DNA of 64,000 nucleotides from Clostridia bacterium (GTDB lineage Bacteria; Bacillota; Clostridia; Oscillospirales; CAG-272): NCBI GenBank assembly GCA_017462385.1, contig JAFTRE010000023.1, positions 6,265 to 70,264 of the forward strand, read 5' to 3'. Shown piece by piece: positions 46,218 to 54,756 of this stretch (position 1 is its first letter; each line of letters starts with the position of its first letter). The notes under the pieces were generated by a model. It saw only the letters and a program-made list of their open reading frames with translations, ran no database searches and was not told where the DNA came from. The position numbers and the translations under genes were made by a program.

Positions 46218-48530
46218 ATGAAAAAATTATTTTCCATGATATTGTTGGCATCTATGCTGATGTCGGTGTTTGCACTGACCGCCTCGGCAACCTCGACAAC
46301 CAAGACAGTGCTGGATGTCAAGTGGAATGACGGCTGGGCAGTTATTTCGCCCAATAACTGTTATAATGATCAATTTGTCGGCGACTATGAGCAGGCAAGC
46401 GGATTCAGCTCTACCGATGTTTTCACCGTCCCCAAGGCGGGAACAAAGTTGACCTGGACAGACCCCTCGGGCTATGCCGCAAACTCTGTTTTGACGGTTT
46501 CAAGCTGGAAACAGGAAAACGGTGTATGGGTGCTTGACCGCGATGAGCCCATGTATGTCGGTGTGGGTGGAGATTCCGCAAAAATAAACTCTATTGAGTC
46601 CGTTTCCTCCAAGGGTGTTACATATTCCTATGTTACTTATAAGGATAATGAAAATCTTCGTCTGTGCGTCAAGGAGGCAAATGCGAATTTTGAAGTAACG
46701 GCCGAAACCACGCTGCTGAAGGGGTCGTGGGAGCGCGCCAAAGCTATCGTTGCGGGCTATGAAAGCGATGCCAAATCGCCCGTCAGCCTTATTACGGGCG
46801 CGGATATCAATGCCGAGGATATAAGCAACAGCCTTACATGGAATTACGGCTATGTGGGCTCGGGCTCGCATTCGTCCTATAAAAACAAGATAAAAGAATC
46901 AAACTATGAGTACGTCTTTTCCGATGTGTTAACCGTTCCGAAAGCGGGTACGACCGTTTATATTTTTGACGGCAACTCATATGCTTCATCCAATGCCGCC
47001 ATATTTTCAAACTGGACAAAGTCGGGCAACAGTTGGGTATTCAAGAGCGACACCACAAGCCCCGATGGTTATACTGCAAACCAGCAGATGGTAGGCGATG
47101 TCAAAATGTATTGGTACACAACAACGCAGGACAATGAAAATCTGCGTATGTGCGTGCACGGCGTGCTCAGCGATTATGCTATTTCCATAAAGCCAAAGGT
47201 TTATATGGCGGCGCCCGTTGATGTTGCCAAGGTGAGTGCGACGGGAGCGCTCACCGACGCTTCTTATGTAAGCCACGCTGGCGAGACCGTAAATTACAAG
47301 ATATATCTGCCCACGGGATACAGTGCAGATAACAATTATAAGGTCCTGTTTGACTTCAGCGGCAACACATCCGTTGCCGACGCACTTGTTGCCGCAAAGA
47401 CAGATGCCGTTATTATCACGGCAAACGCAACCGTGTCTACAGCACCCGATATCGTCGATGCACTGGCCACCGCATATGATTTTCATCCAAGCTTTTTGTA
47501 TCTGTGCGGCTCTGCGGAGATCAATTCCGCCTGCAAGAGCGTTTTTGTAAGCTATATCAAGGACACCTCCGGATATGATTCCGCGCTGGCGGCGGGTCAA
47601 GCACTGCTTGCAAATCACCCCGATTATTACGGGATACTTGACGGTATCAATATGTATGCTATGGGTGACAGCTATTTCGGCGGCTCCTCCATCGGTAAGG
47701 CTGTGACGTGGGTCGATCAGATGGGCAAAAAATATGACATGGACTTTATCAACTACGGTATCGGCGGTAGCACTATGTCCGCATATGTTACCGACAAGAA
47801 CCCCATGTGCGTCCGTTACAGAACCATGGAGAGAGGCGACGCCGACGTTATTCTGCTTGAGGGCGGACGTAATGACCGTTCGGCGGCTGTTCCCATGGGA
47901 ACAAACGATTCCACCGATATAAAGACCTTCAAGGGCGCTGTCAATACAATGCTTGACGGTATGCTCAAAACATATCCCGATGCAATCATAATTCTTGTCA
48001 CCGCTTGGTATCACACGGGAAAGGTCGCTGAAACAGGGCTTTGTAACGTCGACTATGCAAATGCTCTGCGCGAGATAGCCGAGTACCGCAACAATCCTCG
48101 CGTTATCTGTCTGTATGCGGCGGATAAAGAGGCAACGGGTGTTAATATGGATAATGCCTCTTTCCGTTCTCAATATTGTATCACTGCTACCGATGTCAGC
48201 CACCTCAACGGTGCCGGTATGAAGATGATACAGCCTTATATGGAAAAGTTCATCGCAGAGGCGTTGGCAAAGTATAGAAATCTAACGGTTGACGGTGAGC
48301 CTATTGAGGTTGAGCCCGAGCCTGTGGTTACTACCACAGCCGAGGTAACTACTCCCGATGCTCCTGAGAATACCGAGCCTGAGCAGGTCACCACACCCTC
48401 TGCGGGCGGTGATGTGACTGAAGAGCCAACCGAGCCGTCCGGCGGTTGCGGCGGAGCTGTTACCGGCACGGCGGCAATAGTCGCGCTGATAGGTATGATC
48501 GGCTGCGCGGTGATTAAGAGAAAAGAATGA
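46218..48530 (+). CDS. Secreted multidomain SGNH/GDSL hydrolase with duplicated N-terminal domain and GGCGG-TM-basic anchor
   Basis: Signal peptide; SGNH blocks GDS, NYGIGG, GGRND, DVSH; ends PSGGCGGAVTGTAAIVALIGMIGCAVIKRKE. Confidence 0.85.
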   Translation: MKKLFSMILLASMLMSVFALTASATSTTKTVLDVKWNDGWAVISPNNCYNDQFVGDYEQASGFSSTDVFTVPKAGTKLTWTDPSGYAANSVLTVSSWKQENGVWVLDRDEPMYVGVGGDSAKINSIESVSSKGVTYSYVTYKDNENLRLCVKEANANFEVTAETTLLKGSWERAKAIVAGYESDAKSPVSLITGADINAEDISNSLTWNYGYVGSGSHSSYKNKIKESNYEYVFSDVLTVPKAGTTVYIFDGNSYASSNAAIFSNWTKSGNSWVFKSDTTSPDGYTANQQMVGDVKMYWYTTTQDNENLRMCVHGVLSDYAISIKPKVYMAAPVDVAKVSATGALTDASYVSHAGETVNYKIYLPTGYSADNNYKVLFDFSGNTSVADALVAAKTDAVIITANATVSTAPDIVDALATAYDFHPSFLYLCGSAEINSACKSVFVSYIKDTSGYDSALAAGQALLANHPDYYGILDGINMYAMGDSYFGGSSIGKAVTWVDQMGKKYDMDFINYGIGGSTMSAYVTDKNPMCVRYRTMERGDADVILLEGGRNDRSAAVPMGTNDSTDIKTFKGAVNTMLDGMLKTYPDAIIILVTAWYHTGKVAETGLCNVDYANALREIAEYRNNPRVICLYAADKEATGVNMDNASFRSQYCITATDVSHLNGAGMKMIQPYMEKFIAEALAKYRNLTVDGEPIEVEPEPVVTTTAEVTTPDAPENTEPEQVTTPSAGGDVTEEPTEPSGGCGGAVTGTAAIVALIGMIGCAVIKRKE

Positions 48531-48542
48531 TATAAAAAAGAA

Positions 48543-48578
48543 AAAATCGGCAGAGGCGTTGTTCCTCTGCCGATTTTA
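48543..48578 (+). terminator. Intrinsic terminator
   Basis: AAAATCGGCAGAGG..CCTCTGCCGATTTT. Confidence 0.75.
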
Positions 48579-48619
48579 TGATATAATGAGATGGGCAATA
48601 AACGGAAATTTTATGTTAT

Positions 48620-48634
48620 GCAACGGTTCGTTGC
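48620..48634. promoter_or_regulatory. Possible operator palindrome of the downstream XRE regulator
   Basis: GCAACG-GTT-CGTTGC upstream of a TG-C-TATAAT promoter. Confidence 0.4.
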
Positions 48635-48713
48635 GTAAATTCCTGCGTTCGTTGGTAGATTGCAACGAGGATATATGCTATAATTTTCTCACATTTGAAG
48701 TGGAGGTGTAATT

Positions 48714-49220
48714 ATGACATTTGGCGAAAGACTTGCTAATTTGAGAAAATCGAAAGGGTTATCTCAAGAACAGTTAGCCGAGGTACTTGATCTGACAAGG
48801 CAGACCATCTCAAAATGGGAGCTTGATCAATCGACGCCCGATTTTGAATATCTTATTAAATTAAGTGATTTTTACGGTGTATCGACAGATTATCTGATCA
48901 AGGGGGAGCGGTCAAAGCAAACAACCGATATAATTAAATATGCAGCGGAGTCAAGCGGCTTAAAAGTACACCATGTGTGCCTTTCCTTGGGAGCTGTTGT
49001 GATGGGAGCGTCTTTTATAGGTATTTTGGTGTTTGTTATCTGTTCTGCGTTGCGACCTTGGGGCGCTCAGGTCAACGGTATGTATTTTGAGGGCTTGATC
49101 GCATTTCTCATAGGAACGAAAACGCTTTGGTTTTTTATAATATTGGCGGTGCTGTTTGTTTTGGGCGGTGTTGCTTTCGGGTATGGAGTTGTGAAAACGT
49201 TTTTGGGTAAGGAAAAATAA
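48714..49220 (+). CDS. XRE-family HTH protein with two C-terminal TM helices
   Basis: LRKSKGLSQEQLAE..RQTISKWE..STDYL followed by two hydrophobic segments. Confidence 0.9.
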   Translation: MTFGERLANLRKSKGLSQEQLAEVLDLTRQTISKWELDQSTPDFEYLIKLSDFYGVSTDYLIKGERSKQTTDIIKYAAESSGLKVHHVCLSLGAVVMGASFIGILVFVICSALRPWGAQVNGMYFEGLIAFLIGTKTLWFFIILAVLFVLGGVAFGYGVVKTFLGKEK

Positions 49221-49275
49221 AAGGTTGCGCTGATAAAACAAAAGAAAAGTCAATGAAGTTTGATAAAATTGTTTT

Positions 49276-49553
49276 ATATGGGAGTCTGAACCCAGTTTTG
49301 CGCCTGTGCTCGCCGTAGGCGTTTTTTCATCCCACGCCCGCGCAAAACAACACGCTCGCGCGAAGCGCGAGGTGCGGCGATGTTTTTCGGAGCAAAACTC
49401 GGTAAGTTGGCCGCGTTAGCGGACAACGTGTGGCTCGACTCCGTGAAGATGTGGGAGTCTGAACCCATGTTTGCGCCGGCTGCTTTCACAAATTTACTGT
49501 TCAACTTAGCGCAAACGCAACAAATTGCTTCGCAATTTGAGGGGTTCCACTCC
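49276..49553. repeat. Two tandem tRNA T-arm-derived hairpin units downstream of tRNA-His
   Basis: ATRTGGGAGTCTGAACCCA at 49276 and 49449 resembles tRNA-His 49617-34; inverted partners GTGGCTCGACTCC at 49430 and GGGGTTCCACTCC at 49541. Confidence 0.75.
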
Positions 49554-49566
49554 TTACTATTCACGA

Positions 49567-49607
49567 TAAAAGAAACAAGCAAGTCTTTGACTTGCTTGTT
49601 TCTTTTA
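49567..49607 (-). terminator. Terminator of the tRNA operon
   Basis: TAAAAGAAACAAGCAAGTC-TTT-GACTTGCTTGTTTCTTTTA. Confidence 0.85.
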
Positions 49608-49685
49608 TGGGGTGAGATATGGGAGTCGAACCCACGACCTCCAGGGCCACAACCTGGCGCTCTAACCAACTGAGCTAATCCCACC
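49608..49685 (-). tRNA. tRNA-His (GTG), with encoded G-1
   Basis: GGTGGGATTAGCTCAGTTGG..CCAGG-TTGTGGC-CCTGG..GGTTCGACTCC..CACCCCA. Confidence 0.96.
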
Positions 49686-49692
49686 ATATAAG

Positions 49693-49769
49693 TGGCGTGC
49701 CTTGGGGGATTCGAACCCTCGACCTACTGCTTAGAAGGCAGTTGCTCTATCCGGCTGAGCTAAAGGCAC
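49693..49769 (-). tRNA. tRNA-Arg (TCT)
   Basis: GTGCCTTTAGCTCAG..ACTGC-CTTCTAA-GCAGT..GGTTCGAATCC..GCACGCCA. Confidence 0.96.
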
Positions 49770-49817
49770 AGATAATGTCGGTGAACAGCAAAGCGAACTT
49801 TACTGTTCACTCAACAA

Positions 49818-49891
<74 letters not shown>

Positions 49892-50074
49892 AAAATGGTA
49901 TTTCGTAAACCGCCTTAATATAATACCACATTTGTTTTGCGTTGTCAATACCAAATTTTAAAAAAACTTTTGAGAAAAAACTCTTTATGTGAGTTTTTTG
50001 TGAAAACACTTGATATTATGTGCCTGTATGTGTTAAAATAATCGTGAAAGACACATGAGGGGGAGATTTTTGCA

Positions 50075-50581
50075 ATGACGCTTGTGCCGGACAGAATATT
50101 TGATACTTACCGCGATATCACACCCGAATTTTTGGCATCCGAGGGTATTGAGGCACTTCTCATTGATATCGACAATACGCTCGCTCCCTACGAACAACCC
50201 CTGCCCGACGAGCATCACGCCGCATGGTTCCGCGCCATGGCGGATGCGGGCGTGTGCTGTGCGCTCATTTCAAACAACAAGCCCGAGCGCGTCCGCATAT
50301 TTTCTGAGGGACTCGGCGTGGCGGCGTATGCCGACTGCGGAAAGCCTTCCCGCAAATATTTGAAAATAGCGCTGTCTGACCTCGGCGTGGAAGCCTCGCG
50401 CGCGGCGGTGCTGGGCGACCAACTGCTGACCGATTGCCTGTCTGCCCGCCGCATGGGTATGAAGGCATACATAGTGCCGCCGATAAAGGACAAAACAACG
50501 CTTTTCTTTCGCTTCAAGCGTGCGCTTGAGCGTCCGTTTATAAAAAAATATCACCGACTTCACCGAAAGGACGAAAAATGA
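50075..50581 (+). CDS. yqeG: YqeG family HAD IIIA phosphatase
   Basis: Motifs DIDNTL, ISNN, KP, GDQLLTD. Confidence 0.9.
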   Translation: MTLVPDRIFDTYRDITPEFLASEGIEALLIDIDNTLAPYEQPLPDEHHAAWFRAMADAGVCCALISNNKPERVRIFSEGLGVAAYADCGKPSRKYLKIALSDLGVEASRAAVLGDQLLTDCLSARRMGMKAYIVPPIKDKTTLFFRFKRALERPFIKKYHRLHRKDEK

Positions 50582-50582
50582 T

Positions 50583-51443
50583 ATGAGTTATGCAACATTC
50601 GGTCCCGGCGGCAACGGAGACTGGTTTTACCGCGACGGCATGAAATCCTCGCTTCAAGTGCCAGGTTGGATCAAAAAAGTAGGACTTGACGCATATGAAT
50701 ACGAAGCCACGCGCGGCGTGGTGGCCGGCGAGGACGCCTTGCGCGCTTTCGGCGCAAAGGCGCGCGAGCACGGTGTCGCCGTGTCGCTTCACACGCCGTA
50801 TTACATTTCGCTTTCGGGCACAGACCCCGAAAAAAGGCTTAAAAGCATTGATTATATAACCAAATCGCTGTGGGCGGCGGACCTCATCGGCGCCGATACT
50901 ATCGTCATTCACAGCGGAAGCGCGGGCAAAATATCGCGCGAGGAGGCAATGAGGCTGTCCTGTGACACGCTGTCCTGCTTGATACAAGCGCTGGACGGTC
51001 AGTATTCGCACATAAAGCTTGGTATCGAAACCATGGGCAAGCTCAATCAGCTCGGAACGCTTGACGAGGTGCTCGAGCAATGCGCAGTGCATGAGCAATT
51101 TGTACCTGTCGTGGATTTCGGACATCTTAACTGCCGCGAGCAGGGAAGTGCTTTTCCCGATGTTGACAGCTACCGTCGCGTGTTTGACAAGATCGCCGCG
51201 GCGCGCGGCGACGAGGTCGCAAAAAATCTGCATTGCCATTTTTCCAAAATAGAATATACCTCCGCAGGCGAGAAAAAGCACCTCACGTTTGAGGACGAGA
51301 CATACGGTCCGCGCTTTGAGCCGCTCGCCGAGGCGATCGTGCGCGAGGGCGTGACACCGCGCATTATTTGCGAGTCCGCGGGAACGCAAGCCGAGGACGC
51401 GCTTGATATGAAAAATATATATTTGAAACAGAAAGGTGAATAA
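50583..51443 (+). CDS. nfo: Endonuclease IV-like TIM-barrel protein
   Basis: Motifs SLHTPYYI, VIHSG, ETMGK..QLG, DFGH, HCHFS, HL, ICES. Confidence 0.8.
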   Translation: MSYATFGPGGNGDWFYRDGMKSSLQVPGWIKKVGLDAYEYEATRGVVAGEDALRAFGAKAREHGVAVSLHTPYYISLSGTDPEKRLKSIDYITKSLWAADLIGADTIVIHSGSAGKISREEAMRLSCDTLSCLIQALDGQYSHIKLGIETMGKLNQLGTLDEVLEQCAVHEQFVPVVDFGHLNCREQGSAFPDVDSYRRVFDKIAAARGDEVAKNLHCHFSKIEYTSAGEKKHLTFEDETYGPRFEPLAEAIVREGVTPRIICESAGTQAEDALDMKNIYLKQKGE

Positions 51444-51448
51444 ATAAA

Positions 51449-52525
51449 ATGACACATCTTGAAAAGCTTAAATCCGTACTGGGCGGCAAAAATCCCGACG
51501 CCGTCATCGTTACCTCCGAGATCAACCAGCGCTATATTTCCGGTTTTCCGTTTACGGACGGATATCTGCTTATAACCCGCGGCGAGTCCTATCTCGTTAC
51601 CGATTTCCGCTATACCGAAGCGGCACGTGCCAAGGCAGATAAGGGACTCATCGTTGTCGCGCCCAAAGAGGGAATGCTCAGCTTTATAGCAGGAAAGCTT
51701 GCCGCAAACGATGCACACAGCGTCGGCTACGAGGAGGCAACCTTGCCCTGCGCACAGCTTGAAAAAATACGCACCGCCATGCCGAAAACAGAGCTTGTTT
51801 CGGGCGCGTCCGCAATTATTGACGGACTTCGCGAGTTCAAGGACGAGGACGAGCTGAAATATACCGCTATGGCTCAGGATATCGCCGACGCCGCATTCGA
51901 ACATATTCTCAAATTCATAAAGCCCGAAATGACCGAGCTTGAGGTCGCTCTGGAGCTTGAATTTTTCATGCGCCGCCGTGGCGCCGAGGGCATCGCTTTT
52001 GAAACCATCGCCGTATCCGGCTCGGCGTCTTCACTGCCGCATGGCGTTCCGCGCCCCGTAAAGCTGGAACGCGGATTTTTCACAATGGATTACGGCGCTA
52101 AAGTGAACGGCTATTGCTCGGATATGACGCGTACCGTCGTGCTCGGGCGTGCCGATGCCGACATGAAAAAGCTTTATAACACGGTGCTCAAGGCACAGCT
52201 CTCCGTACTCGAGGCCGTCGAGGAGGGCGCGGATTGCCGCGGCGTTGACAAGGTCGCGCGCGATATAATTTACGGTGCCGGATATGAGGGCTGCTTCGGT
52301 CACGGACTGGGGCATGGCGTTGGCATGTACATTCATGAAGCCCCTCGCCTCTCTCCCTCCGCTAAGGCGGGCTCAAAGTTGATTGCGGGACAGATAGTAA
52401 CCGTCGAGCCGGGCATATATATCGAGGGCAAATACGGTTGCCGTATCGAGGACATGGTTTGTGTCCAGGCTGGCGGCAAGCACAATTTTGCACATAGCCC
52501 AAAGGAAATGATAGAATTGTTCTAA
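51449..52525 (+). CDS. Xaa-Pro aminopeptidase (M24B)
   Basis: Motifs TDFRY, PHG, DYG..GYCSDMTRT, GHGLGHGVG..HE.P, VEPGIY, RIED. Confidence 0.94.
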   Translation: MTHLEKLKSVLGGKNPDAVIVTSEINQRYISGFPFTDGYLLITRGESYLVTDFRYTEAARAKADKGLIVVAPKEGMLSFIAGKLAANDAHSVGYEEATLPCAQLEKIRTAMPKTELVSGASAIIDGLREFKDEDELKYTAMAQDIADAAFEHILKFIKPEMTELEVALELEFFMRRRGAEGIAFETIAVSGSASSLPHGVPRPVKLERGFFTMDYGAKVNGYCSDMTRTVVLGRADADMKKLYNTVLKAQLSVLEAVEEGADCRGVDKVARDIIYGAGYEGCFGHGLGHGVGMYIHEAPRLSPSAKAGSKLIAGQIVTVEPGIYIEGKYGCRIEDMVCVQAGGKHNFAHSPKEMIELF

Positions 52526-52564
52526 CGTCTTTGTTGTGTCGAAAAAATATAGGACGTAACATAA

Positions 52565-53305
52565 ATGAAGCAACCCAAATCCCCAAACGCACCGCCCATG
52601 AAAAAACGGCGGGCGGCGGTGATACTTTCGCTGGCCTCGGCAGCGGCGCTGGTATTAACATTGCTCGGCGCGTGGTGCCTGCGGCACTATCTTGCTGACC
52701 CCACTCTTTTGCGCGAGTACATTGGCGACCATTATTTCTCGGGTGCGCTGATACTTATCGCCATAGCCGCGGTGCAGGTCGTTCTGGCATTCATACCCGG
52801 TGAGCTGATAGAGATAGCCTCGGGCTATGCTTTCGGCATGTGGGGTGGCGCCTTTATCTGCTGGGCTGGCATAATGCTCGGCAGCGTTGTGACCTTACTT
52901 TTGGTCAAAAAATTCGGGCGTCCGTTTGTCGAGGTTTTTCAATCTGCAAAAAAGCTGGAATCCATATCGCTTTTGAGTGACAAAAAAAGGCGCGGAGCGC
53001 TGACTTTTCTGCTGTTTTTGATTCCCGGTATACCAAAGGATTTCTGGACATACATTGTCGGGCTTACTGACATGAAGCTGAGAGATTATATAATATTGAC
53101 GGGAATCGCTCGTTTTCCATCTATAATCATGTCCACCGCCGGAGGAGACGCTATCGGGCTCGGAAAGCTGGGCAACGCCGCGTGGATAATGGTGGGCACC
53201 GGTATAGTCAGTGCGATAGGCTACCTTATATATCTGGCAATAGACAAGAAACGCGCCGCAAATGCGGTGAGCTCTGCCGATAGAAACGACAAGGAGGACA
53301 TATGA
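52565..53305 (+). CDS. TVP38/TMEM64 (VTT/DedA) membrane protein
   Basis: Motifs QVVLAFIPGE, GYAFG, FLIPGIPKD, GLT. Confidence 0.9.
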   Translation: MKQPKSPNAPPMKKRRAAVILSLASAAALVLTLLGAWCLRHYLADPTLLREYIGDHYFSGALILIAIAAVQVVLAFIPGELIEIASGYAFGMWGGAFICWAGIMLGSVVTLLLVKKFGRPFVEVFQSAKKLESISLLSDKKRRGALTFLLFLIPGIPKDFWTYIVGLTDMKLRDYIILTGIARFPSIIMSTAGGDAIGLGKLGNAAWIMVGTGIVSAIGYLIYLAIDKKRAANAVSSADRNDKEDI

Positions 53306-54723
53306 GCCATACCGAACGCAGACCCAATATTTTGTTTTTGATGGCTGACCAGTTTCGCGGAGACGCCATGAGCTGTGTCGGCGGTAAGGCAAACACCAAA
53401 AATCTCGATGAGATAGCAAGTGAGGGTGTTGTGTTTACGCAGTGCTCCACCACAGCACCTCTTTGCGTGCCCGCGCGTGTCGCCCTGTTTTCGGGCAAGT
53501 ACGCACACACCACGGGCGCGTGGGATAATAAAAAGTTTATTTTGTCTCCCGATGCGAACATCTGGAGCAAGGAAATAAAAAATCAGGGCTACAACACCGC
53601 CCTGATCGGTAAGACTCATTTGCACGGCGGCGGTGGCGATATTATCGGCCGCGAGCCCCTCGTTAATGCCTACGGATTTGACATGGTCAACGAAATGACA
53701 GGCCCTCACGCTTGCCTTACTGCTCGTACATATATGACGGAGGAGTGGCGTGAGAAAGGGCTTTTCGACGCCTTTTGCGAGGACATCAACCGCCGCGGAA
53801 AAGCGCCGTTTGCCCAGCCCTCGCCGCTGCCGCTCGAGGATTATTACGATGTTTATGTAGGCAAGCACGGCAGAGAATTTCTTGAAAATGCCGAAAGCGA
53901 TAAGCCCTGGTTTTGCCACATCAGCTTCGGCGGACCTCACGAGCCGTGGGATACTCCCGAGCCGTATGCAAGCATGTACGACCCCGCCGACATGCCAAAG
54001 CCCCTGCCGCGTATGAAGGATGCCAATCCCGACCGCCCGCGCGGAGTCACGGACGGCCTTATGAGCAAGGCGAAAATAAGCTGTAACGAAGAGCAGGCGG
54101 CCGAGATACGCGCCGACTATTGCGGCGGCTGTGCGCTTATAGATGAGCAGATCGGCCGGATAATCGATGTTATCAAGGCGCGAGGGGAATGGGATAACAC
54201 CGTTGTGCTGTTCACCTCGGATCACGGCGAAATGAACGGAGATCACGGCTTTGTCAATAAGCGCACATTCCTTGACGGCGCACTGAACGTGCCGCTCATC
54301 ATCCGCACGCCCGAGACGGCAAAGCAGGGAGGTAAAAAATGCGACGCGCTCGTCAGCCTGATGGACGTAGGTCCGACGCTGGTAGAGCTTGCCGGCGGCA
54401 AGATAGAATATGAGCAGTTTGGCAAGTCGTTGTGCGGCGTGCTGGACGGAAGTGAAGCACAGCCTCGCGACTATGTACTCAGCGAGCTTTCGGGCGAGAT
54501 AATGTACATGGATAACGAGTGGAAGATAGTAGTCAATGCCGAGGGCGATGTTTATATGCTGTTCGATCGCGTCAACGATAAGAACGAGCAGAACAACCTT
54601 GCGGCGTCCGCCGAGGCGCAGGAGATAACTCACCGCCTGCGTGAGAAAATGCTCAAAGCCATAATGCAGACACAGTGCCACACACCCGCAGTGGTGCAAC
54701 AGCATAAAGCGTTTATGGTGTAA
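53302..54723 (+). CDS. Cys-type sulfatase (choline/aryl-sulfatase-like), cytoplasmic
   Basis: Motifs RPNILF.MADQ, CVPAR (CxPxR), GKTH, PHEP, TSDHGE..GDH..K, VPLI. Confidence 0.92.
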   Translation: MSHTERRPNILFLMADQFRGDAMSCVGGKANTKNLDEIASEGVVFTQCSTTAPLCVPARVALFSGKYAHTTGAWDNKKFILSPDANIWSKEIKNQGYNTALIGKTHLHGGGGDIIGREPLVNAYGFDMVNEMTGPHACLTARTYMTEEWREKGLFDAFCEDINRRGKAPFAQPSPLPLEDYYDVYVGKHGREFLENAESDKPWFCHISFGGPHEPWDTPEPYASMYDPADMPKPLPRMKDANPDRPRGVTDGLMSKAKISCNEEQAAEIRADYCGGCALIDEQIGRIIDVIKARGEWDNTVVLFTSDHGEMNGDHGFVNKRTFLDGALNVPLIIRTPETAKQGGKKCDALVSLMDVGPTLVELAGGKIEYEQFGKSLCGVLDGSEAQPRDYVLSELSGEIMYMDNEWKIVVNAEGDVYMLFDRVNDKNEQNNLAASAEAQEITHRLREKMLKAIMQTQCHTPAVVQQHKAFMV

Positions 54724-54756
54724 GAACGGTTTCGTTTGATTGAAAGGAGAAAAAAC

